From Candidatus Hadarchaeum yellowstonense (GTDB lineage: Archaea; Hadarchaeota; Hadarchaeia; Hadarchaeales; Hadarchaeaceae): 64,000 nt of DNA. The first letter of the stretch is position 1, and each line of letters opens with the position of its first letter. Positions 16,897 to 23,996 of the stretch are shown piece after piece. The notes below the pieces were generated by a model, which worked only from the letters and a program-made list of their open reading frames with translations, was not told the DNA's origin and did no database searches. Position numbers and translations under genes: made by a program. Location of the stretch: NCBI GenBank assembly GCA_001515205.2, contig LQMQ01000007.1, positions 6,028-70,027 on the forward strand, given 5' to 3'.

Positions 16897-17262
16897 ATGG
16901 AGTCCTTGGACTACCTAGCGATGGTCATCCTCGCCGCCATTTTCATCGGTCTGGGCTTCACCCTCTACTACAACTACCAGCGGGGCGCCGCGGAGAGGGA
17001 ATTCGAGGCCACGGCGCAGCTTTTGGCCGACCGAATCAAAGCCATGGCGCAGCAGGACGTGGGGACGACGGAATACCTGGAGATTTTCGTCCCAGCCAGC
17101 TGTGAGCTCAGCTTCTTTGACAACATGGTCTCAATAAGGATCGGCAGCAGCTCGAGAAATTTCCCGGTAGGAATCTCCGTCAGCGGTTCTGTTCCCAGCG
17201 GGCAAAAAGTGAAGCTTCTTCTTCAAAGATTAGATGGTGGAATACATGTCAGCACGACTTGA
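16897..17262 (+). CDS. Hypothetical N-terminally membrane-anchored protein
   Basis: 121 aa with one TM helix (YLAMVILAAIFIGLGFTLYY), then a helical segment and a beta-rich tail. I recognise no family. Confidence 0.45.
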   Translation: MESLDYLAMVILAAIFIGLGFTLYYNYQRGAAEREFEATAQLLADRIKAMAQQDVGTTEYLEIFVPASCELSFFDNMVSIRIGSSSRNFPVGISVSGSVPSGQKVKLLLQRLDGGIHVSTT

Positions 17263-18292
17263 GGAAAAAGGCGCCCACAATCTACCCCTGATAATTCTCT
17301 TTGGCGCCATCTTGGCCATGCTCTTTGCCGTTTTATTCATTTTGATATACGATCAGCAGCTCAACGCCATGGTTGACGAACAAGCCAGATCTCTTGCGGA
17401 TGAACTGGCTAGCACTGCCTTTGCCTCGTTATCAGGGGGGTTGCACACGGTGGAGCTGCCAAAAGACCTGGCCGGCAGCACTTACACCATCGCTGTTCAA
17501 GAAAACAGCATTTTTGTGGTGAAAATTTTGACCGGCAGAAGATCGGGATCCTCTTATTCCGCGGTCGTTAACGCCACCGTGTCTGTAGAGAACGGCAACT
17601 TCCAACCCGGTGGTCAAGTCTTCTTCTTATTCAGCAACGAAGTGATCCTCGTCAGCGCCGTTCCCATCGAACCAAGGGCTGAAAAAGTTATTCAAGTCAT
17701 TTCAACCGAACCACCCCTGTTCTACCATTTCTCCAAGAAATTGCCCCGGGAAGCTGCTGCAATAGTCGCCGCATATTTTGACGCGGTGAAAAGGCATCCT
17801 GAAGAAAATGTGGTCGTTCTTTCTTATGCCCGGTGGGAAAACAACTCCATTCTAATAAAGATTAGAGAAGGCAACGGCATTTCAATAACCCGTGTTGTTG
17901 GTAAGGAAAACCAGACCAAGATTGGAGCGGTCGAAAACTCTTGGGTTATCGAAATTCTGGAGAACTATGAAGCGACAGATAACCTCAGCTGGGAAACCTG
18001 TCCTTCCCCCGACAACGCTTATTTAACGGGCTGGCTGCACTCACCGCAAGCGGTGCTTAAACACCTCCGATCAAGGACCTGGATCCGCGTGAGCGATAAT
18101 GCAGTAGTGGCTGTGCCTGAGGATGCTGTCATCAAGGCAGCTGCGGTGACAACCAAGGTAGCAACTTACCCTGTTTGGAAAGTTCAATTCGGTGACTATA
18201 CTATATTTTACCAAATGTTGCCCTGGTGGGAAAAGGAGAACACAGCGGGTTTTGTTTTTCAATCCTCGCCGGAGCTTAAGCCGCTCACCTGA
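17234..18292 (+). CDS. Hypothetical N-terminally membrane-anchored protein
   Basis: 352 aa with EEKGAHNLPLIILFGAILAMLFAVLFILIY (one TM), then a soluble domain. It overlaps the preceding ORF by 29 nt. I recognise no family. Confidence 0.5.
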   Translation: MVEYMSARLEEKGAHNLPLIILFGAILAMLFAVLFILIYDQQLNAMVDEQARSLADELASTAFASLSGGLHTVELPKDLAGSTYTIAVQENSIFVVKILTGRRSGSSYSAVVNATVSVENGNFQPGGQVFFLFSNEVILVSAVPIEPRAEKVIQVISTEPPLFYHFSKKLPREAAAIVAAYFDAVKRHPEENVVVLSYARWENNSILIKIREGNGISITRVVGKENQTKIGAVENSWVIEILENYEATDNLSWETCPSPDNAYLTGWLHSPQAVLKHLRSRTWIRVSDNAVVAVPEDAVIKAAAVTTKVATYPVWKVQFGDYTIFYQMLPWWEKENTAGFVFQSSPELKPLT

Positions 18293-18294
18293 TC

Positions 18295-19527
18295 TTAATA
18301 CAGCACCACTTCAACTTCCTGTCCCTTCTCAAGCCTTTCCACATCCTCGGGCACAATTACGAAACCATCGGCTCTTGTCATCGAACTGAAAGCACTGGAT
18401 CCTGTTATCGCTATCGGCTCTGCTAGAACCGCCTCTCCCTCACGTTTCAATCTGACCCTTACCACCTCAAGCCTGCCCAGCGCTGAACTGATCTTCCGCG
18501 CCAGCTTCGCGCGCAGACAACAGCGTCCATGATCTGGCGCCAATCCCTGCATCACCAGGAGTGCCGGCCTGACCAGCAGATCAAAGGCAACCAAAGCAGC
18601 TACGGGAAAGCCGGAAAGGGCAAAAACAGGTTTTCCCTGAACTACTCCAAATCCCGTGGGGCTCCCTGGGCGGACGGCCACTCCGTGGAAGAGGAGTTCA
18701 CCCATATCGGCTATGGCGTCCGGAACCAGATCCTTCTCACCAACGGAACTGCCACCGGAAACCAGCAGCATGTCAACATGCCTCGTCTTTTTGAGAATTT
18801 TTTTGATGATCTCTGGATCGTCGGGAGCTATGCCCAGAATTCTGGAAACACCGCCCCAACGCTGCACGCATGCCGCGAGTGAATGTGAGTTGGCGTTAAT
18901 TACCTTTGCCGGCTCCAATTTTTCTCCCGGCCGCACCAGCTCACTGCCCGTCGCCAGAATGCCGACCACTGGTTTTCTAAAGACACGTATCCTCAGCTTA
19001 CCCATTGCCGCCAGCAGCCCTATCTCCTGAGGGCGGAGAAACTGCCCACGTCTTAACGCGACCTCTCCGGCACGGATGTCCTCACCCATGGCCGAAACAT
19101 TTTTGCCCGGGGTAACTGAGGCAAAAACCTTGAGCTTGTCGCCCTCCAACTTGGTATTCTCAACCATCACCGAGGCGTCGGCTCCCCGGGGCATCATGGC
19201 GCCTGTCATTATCTTGGCCGCCTCGCCCTTTCTTAGGAAAACCTTGGGTGGAATACCGATCTCCACCGAACCTACCAAGCGTAATTCCACGGGATTCTGC
19301 GGGCTGGCTCCAAAGGTATCCTTTGCTCTGACCGCGTAACCATCCACCGCGGAACGATCAAAGGGGGGAATATTAATTTCGGAGACGATATCCTCAGCGA
19401 GGACTCTTCCCAAACCACTTTCCAAGGACACCTCTTCCGATCCGAGCGGCTGGACCTTGGAAAAGATAATTTCAAGTGCCTTGGAAAGCCTGGTGTACTG
19501 TGAGAAACCTCGCATTCTTACTGACAT
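18295..19527 (-). CDS. moeA: Molybdopterin molybdenumtransferase MoeA
   Basis: LSKALEIIFSKVQPLGSEEVSLESGLGRVLAEDIVSEINIPPFDRSAVDGYAVRAKD and LLVSGGSSVGEKD. I set the start to ATG 19527, 1 nt after the moaB stop codon. The track ORF extends to TTG 19551. Confidence 0.85.
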   Translation of the reverse strand: MSVRMRGFSQYTRLSKALEIIFSKVQPLGSEEVSLESGLGRVLAEDIVSEINIPPFDRSAVDGYAVRAKDTFGASPQNPVELRLVGSVEIGIPPKVFLRKGEAAKIMTGAMMPRGADASVMVENTKLEGDKLKVFASVTPGKNVSAMGEDIRAGEVALRRGQFLRPQEIGLLAAMGKLRIRVFRKPVVGILATGSELVRPGEKLEPAKVINANSHSLAACVQRWGGVSRILGIAPDDPEIIKKILKKTRHVDMLLVSGGSSVGEKDLVPDAIADMGELLFHGVAVRPGSPTGFGVVQGKPVFALSGFPVAALVAFDLLVRPALLVMQGLAPDHGRCCLRAKLARKISSALGRLEVVRVRLKREGEAVLAEPIAITGSSAFSSMTRADGFVIVPEDVERLEKGQEVEVVLY

Positions 19528-19528
19528 C

Positions 19529-20044
19529 TCATTCACGTGCATGCTTGACAACGTGCCCGAGCTCAGGAAGAATCAAATCCATGCCTATTTCAACGGCATT
19601 GGGGGCGCCTGGAAGGCAAAAAACTGGTTTTCTTTTGATTATTCCCGCTGAGGCGCGAGTTAGCAGCGCCGGTGTCCCCACCATATCATAGCCCACCCTC
19701 CGGAGTACCTCTCCAAAGCCAGGAAGTTCCTTTTCATAGAGTGGCGCCACCGTTTCGATCGTGACGTCCCTGCGGGCGATGCCGGTGCCGCCGGTGATGA
19801 TGATGGCGTCAATTCTGTCGTCGGCTACAAATCCTTTCACGGCTCGGCGGATCTTCGCCTTTTCATCTGGCACGATCGTCCTCAGCGCCTCGTGCCCGGC
19901 TTCACGGGCCTTCTGAACTATGATCTTGCCCGAGATGTCTTCATCCAGTCCCTTCGCCATTGCTGCTGACCGTGTGTCGCTGACCACCAGCACGGCGATC
20001 CTGAGCTTTTTCGGCGCCCCTTTTCTGTGCTCCTCGAAAGTCAA
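19529..20044 (-). CDS. moaB: Molybdenum cofactor biosynthesis protein MoaB/MogA family
   Basis: 171 aa with RIAVLVVSDTRS and AIIITGGTGIARRDVTIE. The TTG start overlaps the moaC stop (TTGA), with GGTGA 5 nt upstream. Confidence 0.85.
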   Translation of the reverse strand: MTFEEHRKGAPKKLRIAVLVVSDTRSAAMAKGLDEDISGKIIVQKAREAGHEALRTIVPDEKAKIRRAVKGFVADDRIDAIIITGGTGIARRDVTIETVAPLYEKELPGFGEVLRRVGYDMVGTPALLTRASAGIIKRKPVFCLPGAPNAVEIGMDLILPELGHVVKHARE

Positions 20045-20475
20045 CTTTTCACCTTTTTGACCACGTGTATTTCCTCAATCCGCGTGGTCGGGTACTGTCC
20101 CATTTCATCCTTCTCCAAGCCCTTCACCATATCCCAGACGGTCAGGAGGGCCCCGATCACCCCGGTCAGCGCCTCCATCTCAACTCCGGTCTGTCCCACG
20201 CTCCTGACTTCAACCTCGGCGCGGACTCCGGTTTTTTCGATTTCAAGATCGACATCGACCCCAGTGATGGGGATGGGGTGGGTGAGCGGTATCAGTTCAG
20301 TGGTGCGCTTCACGGCCATCACCGCGGCCGTCTTGGCAACGGCGAAAACATCACCCTTGGGCACATCCTTTGAAGCTATCTTCTTTAGAGTCTCCTCCTT
20401 AAGACGGATGAAGCCGCTGGCTCTGGCCATTCGGAAGACTGCTTCCTTTTGCCCGATATCGACCATGTGGACCAT
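20041..20475 (-). CDS. moaC: Cyclic pyranopterin monophosphate synthase MoaC
   Basis: 144 aa with MVDIGQKEAVFRMARASG, ELIPLTHPIPITGVDV and GVEMEALTGV. Confidence 0.9.
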   Translation of the reverse strand: MVHMVDIGQKEAVFRMARASGFIRLKEETLKKIASKDVPKGDVFAVAKTAAVMAVKRTTELIPLTHPIPITGVDVDLEIEKTGVRAEVEVRSVGQTGVEMEALTGVIGALLTVWDMVKGLEKDEMGQYPTTRIEEIHVVKKVKS

Positions 20476-20502
20476 GTCACCACTTTAGAGAAATCTCTGG
20501 CT

Positions 20503-20516
20503 CGAAATATAAGTTT
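20503..20516 (-). promoter_or_regulatory. Candidate TATA box of the moaC-moaB-moeA operon
   Basis: AAACTTATATTTCG on the minus strand, centred about 34 nt upstream of ATG 20475. Confidence 0.45.
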
Positions 20517-20566
20517 GGGTGGCGGGGCCATCAACCGACTGGGCCGAAAAACGAATCCGTGATGTT

Positions 20567-20860
20567 CTAATAGTACATCGGGCTGATGTGGCGCTCCTCA
20601 ACTGGTGTCCATATGAAGGTTCTGCCAAGCTTTTCCCGCTTGAGCCTCCCCGAACATTCCAGATGCTTCAGGACCTGGTTGACCTCCCTGACCTTCCAGT
20701 TTAGGACTTTGGCGATGTCGGCCGAGTTATAAAGACCAAATCTTCTAACGACGAACTCAACCACGCTTCTTTTGACCTCCATGGAAAAGTCCTCTTCGCT
20801 CTCGCCTTCGTCTTCCTCCTCCTCAAGGTAAATTGGTGCCTCTCTCATCTGGATCACCAC
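20567..20860 (-). CDS. Small winged-helix protein with acidic N-terminal tail
   Basis: 97 aa with EEEEDEGESEEDF followed by a wHTH-like ADIAKVLNWKVREVNQVLKHLECSGRLKREKLGRTFIW. Confidence 0.5.
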   Translation of the reverse strand: MVIQMREAPIYLEEEEDEGESEEDFSMEVKRSVVEFVVRRFGLYNSADIAKVLNWKVREVNQVLKHLECSGRLKREKLGRTFIWTPVEERHISPMYY

Positions 20861-20868
20861 AAATTAAT

Positions 20869-21291
20869 TTAGCTGGTCTTTAATTTAAACTGCGCCTCTG
20901 AGATCAACTCTTCAAAGGTATCTTCAGGCAAAACCTCGCCCAAACCAATGCCAGGACAATCCTCAGCGAAATTGAAAACATATCTGTTCTCTTTTTTACA
21001 AACCGAAAAAGGATAAAAACGACAAACCAGGGGACGGATGTCATAAATTCTGCAGGACTTTCCCTCCAAAAAGACGCACTTACCTGCTCTTTTTTTCATC
21101 TTGTACTGATATGGTCCTTTGCTCGGAATCGGGGTTGCAAACGACAGCGGACTTAATCCAGTTCTTTCCGCGATCTCCTCGACCTCGCTTTTGGTGAGAA
21201 GCAAATTCCTGCTCCGATGCGATGTGTCACCGCAACACCGCGCACATCGCTGGCACTCAAAGCGCAAGTTTTTCGGCACCAGAAGATTCAT
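20869..21291 (-). CDS. YkgJ-family (CxxCxxCC) zinc/iron-chelating cysteine-cluster protein
   Basis: 140 aa with FECQRCARCCGD and CVFLEGKSCRIYDIRPLVCRFYPF. It lies 8 nt upstream of the wHTH gene on the same strand. Confidence 0.7.
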   Translation of the reverse strand: MNLLVPKNLRFECQRCARCCGDTSHRSRNLLLTKSEVEEIAERTGLSPLSFATPIPSKGPYQYKMKKRAGKCVFLEGKSCRIYDIRPLVCRFYPFSVCKKENRYVFNFAEDCPGIGLGEVLPEDTFEELISEAQFKLKTS

Positions 21292-21508
21292 GGTTAAAAC
21301 TCTCTGCCCCCGGGATTTAACTTTTTCGCTCGCATTTTTTTGACCATCCTAAAAATCAGATTTACGCGGCAAACACTGCCGATTAACAAACAACAGAAAG
21401 ATGGTTGCTACTCTTCGTGGCCGGAGGGGTTAAAATTTTTCGGAATCTGTTATTGGACCGAATCGGCTTGAGCCTGGGCAGATAAACTAAAAAACTAGAA
21501 AAAACGAA

Positions 21509-22810
21509 ATGACATGGATGTTTTTAAAAAGAATCTTCAGCAGGCCGCCTCCGCCCGAACCAGCCGTGGAAAGCTTCAGTTTAGATTCGCTGAAAGATCG
21601 CGTCACCAAGATGATGGAAGAAAAAATGGAAAAAGCTAGATCCCAGCTGACTCCGCTGACCGCAGAGATTAACAGAGCATGTGCCGCGCTCGCAACCGCT
21701 CTGAAAGAGCTTTACAATTCAGACCCCGATGAGGAAGTCCACCTAGGTCTAATGAAATCAGCAATGGAAGCGAGAAAATTGATCTACGATAAAATTTCAC
21801 GCTCGCTCGGCTACCTGAACTGCCCCCAGGAGTTAACCAGCGATTCCCTCATTAAATTCAACGAGAGAATCTCTAAAGCAACCGACACCATCGCGGATGC
21901 CATGAAGACCCACGGACGCTACGTGCGTGCCGTTTTTGGCCAGAAATATTTGGAGTTTGAGTCCTGCCTGCGGGAACTGCACGAAGTAACCATCCGAGCT
22001 CAATCATGCATTACCGAGACCACCGGGGAAATTCAGCGTCTGAATTCCATCCTCTCGGAAATTTCACTCTACCACCAGACAACTCGGGAAATGGATCAAA
22101 TTGGAGAAAAAATAAAGTCACTGCGGGAGAGGGTCAATGGCCTCGAGGCCAAAATCAACGAGGGGTCCTCCCAACTCACCGGGTTAAAATCGAGCCCGGA
22201 ATTCAAGCGGGCCACAGGATCTGCTGAGGAATTTGAAAGGATAAAGCAGGAAATCAGCAGGAGAAGGGAAATTGCCGCCGGCCTAATTTCTGAGCTGAAC
22301 AGGCCCCTGCGCAAGCTGGAAAAGTTGGTGAGAAGCGGGGAACACCGCATGGCCCCTGAACTTCAAAAAATACTGGAAGTTTCCATAAAGGATCCGGCCG
22401 GGGTAATTGCCTCGGAAGAAACCATAGCTGCCTTTGAGAGGCTCCTCCGAGAAGCAGCTGAAATCGTCAACTCTGGAAAAATAGATCTGGACAAGCGGGA
22501 GAGAAAAAATCTGCTCGATGCCGCGCGTGATCTCTCGCCACAGCTGCAGCAGACCAGAAACACTCTGATAACTCTAACAGCGGCTGCCGAGGCCAAGAAA
22601 AGGGATTCCGAAAATCCCGTCGTCAGTCAAGCCGCCGAACTCGAGAACTCGATAAGACAACAGGAGCATGAGCTGAAGGAGACGCTGAACTCCATCGAAC
22701 AGCTCGAGAGGAGGATTAAACTGATGCAGGGGGAACTGGTCTCAAGGAAAGGGAAACTGATGACGCTCGCCAGCGAAGCGCTGGGCGTAAAGGTGGAAAT
22801 CACTTCTTAA
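21509..22810 (+). CDS. Long coiled-coil protein of unknown function
   Basis: 433 aa, heptad-rich and Glu/Lys/Arg/Leu-rich throughout. I found no enzymatic motif. Confidence 0.6.
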   Translation: MTWMFLKRIFSRPPPPEPAVESFSLDSLKDRVTKMMEEKMEKARSQLTPLTAEINRACAALATALKELYNSDPDEEVHLGLMKSAMEARKLIYDKISRSLGYLNCPQELTSDSLIKFNERISKATDTIADAMKTHGRYVRAVFGQKYLEFESCLRELHEVTIRAQSCITETTGEIQRLNSILSEISLYHQTTREMDQIGEKIKSLRERVNGLEAKINEGSSQLTGLKSSPEFKRATGSAEEFERIKQEISRRREIAAGLISELNRPLRKLEKLVRSGEHRMAPELQKILEVSIKDPAGVIASEETIAAFERLLREAAEIVNSGKIDLDKRERKNLLDAARDLSPQLQQTRNTLITLTAAAEAKKRDSENPVVSQAAELENSIRQQEHELKETLNSIEQLERRIKLMQGELVSRKGKLMTLASEALGVKVEITS

Positions 22811-22967
22811 AATCAGTGTAACCGCATTTGCCACAGGCCCAGCGGTCCTTATGGTCCGCCATGAAAACACCGGGGCCGCAGCGGGGACATTGGGGCCTCT
22901 GCCGCTTCACGGATTTTCCATCCACCTTGTAGAGCTTTGATTTCGAGGCTTTAACCTTCTCCGCCAT
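22800..22967 (-). CDS. rps27ae: 30S ribosomal protein S27ae (eS31)
   Basis: Below the length cut-off of the ORF track. My translation is [55 protein letters not shown] (55 aa), with a C4 zinc ribbon CPRC...CGKC. It starts 2 nt after the rps24e stop codon, the conserved archaeal S24e-S27ae pair. Confidence 0.85.
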   Translation of the reverse strand: MAEKVKASKSKLYKVDGKSVKRQRPQCPRCGPGVFMADHKDRWACGKCGYTDFKK

Positions 22968-22969
22968 TT

Positions 22970-23326
22970 TTATCCCTCTCCTTTACCCGATTTAACATCA
23001 GCTTGAGGCGCCTTTTTCTCCGGCTTTGATTCCGCCGGTTTTTCCTCCTTGGGCAGCCCACGCTTCAGCAGGTATTTGGGCTCCATCAACTCCAGCTGTT
23101 CACGGGTGCTGTAGACTCGCGCAACCCCCGTGGCCACCTGGCAACCATGTGAGCTGGTAAACCTTTCTATCACCAGCAGTTCCTCAGATGTTCCCAGAAG
23201 TGAAGCTAGCTGGGAACGAACCTCAACCCGGCTCGGCGTCGGGCCTCCCGTGTGATCTACCCTGAACTCAACCTCAACCCTATTAAGCAGCGGGTTTTCT
23301 GTCCTCTTGACCAGTTCAACTTTCAT
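22970..23326 (-). CDS. rps24e: 30S ribosomal protein S24e
   Basis: [45 protein letters not shown]...[23 protein letters not shown]. There is a Lys/Glu/Pro-rich C-terminal tail. Confidence 0.9.
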   Translation of the reverse strand: MKVELVKRTENPLLNRVEVEFRVDHTGGPTPSRVEVRSQLASLLGTSEELLVIERFTSSHGCQVATGVARVYSTREQLELMEPKYLLKRGLPKEEKPAESKPEKKAPQADVKSGKGEG

Positions 23327-23422
23327 TTTTATCCCCTTTTTCCATGGAACTCTTCCAAAATAAACTCACCGTTTGGCATTCTTTGGCCGTCAAAAAATAG
23401 TGTCGCAATTAGCTATAAAAAA

Positions 23423-23950
23423 TCACCCCACAAACTTGCTCAAAATATCACGCATCTCCTGGCGCTTTTTTTCATCAACTTCCACCAGGACGAGCCCCGC
23501 CCGCGGCTGTCCATACACAACCACCGCGCCATCAGGAGAGCTGATGACCGCAGGAATCGTGGCCAAGTCCTCCTCACCCTCCACAACTATCTTCACCGGT
23601 GGCTTGGCCGCCTTTATCGCCGCCCAGAGTTCAGGGGTTATCGTTGCAGCCGGGTTCTTGACCCGGACAACACTGCCGCTGAATGAGTCTATTAAGGAAC
23701 GCGTTTTCTCATCGATCGGAGATCTCATTGCCTTAAGATCCACTATGACCACATCTGGCTTTATGCCGGCATGCAGGAAACTAGAAGTCACCGTATCCCC
23801 CACCGTTACTAACCTAGCGGGTTTGATTTTCCTGAGATGTTCAACAACCTCGGAGAAACTGGAGAACAACCGACCCAGCGGTTGTTGCAGCAGGGGGCGC
23901 AGACTTTCGGGCAGCCTCAGCAACCGGTCCTCAACCATGAAGATCAACAT
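23423..23950 (-). CDS. DUF359 / COG1909 protein (GTP-dependent dephospho-CoA kinase family)
   Basis: LVTVGDTVTSSFLHAGIKPDVVIVDLK and VVEGEEDLATIPAV, in the conserved position upstream of rps24e. I trimmed the start to ATG 23950. The track ORF start at 24139 would overlap the divergent helicase gene. Confidence 0.7.
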   Translation of the reverse strand: MLIFMVEDRLLRLPESLRPLLQQPLGRLFSSFSEVVEHLRKIKPARLVTVGDTVTSSFLHAGIKPDVVIVDLKAMRSPIDEKTRSLIDSFSGSVVRVKNPAATITPELWAAIKAAKPPVKIVVEGEEDLATIPAVISSPDGAVVVYGQPRAGLVLVEVDEKKRQEMRDILSKFVG

Positions 23951-23996
23951 CGTTTGATTTATAGTCTCAATAAAATATTTCGTTTGAGTTGGATAA

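Noticed and set aside
20567-20860. Resemblance of the wHTH (KVREVNQVLKHLECSGRLKREKLGRTFIW) to the Z-alpha Z-DNA-binding domain of ADAR1 ([27 protein letters not shown]).
   Set aside because: The key Tyr of Z-alpha (Y177) is Lys here and the wing spacing differs by one residue. The shared pattern (N..VL..L...G.L....W) is common to many winged-helix proteins, so I call only a generic wHTH.
21292-21508. 217-bp spacer upstream of the coiled-coil gene examined for small ORFs or structured RNA.
   Set aside because: The longest ORF is about 10 codons. Only a 5-bp hairpin (TTCGG...CCGAA) is present. There is nothing I can support.
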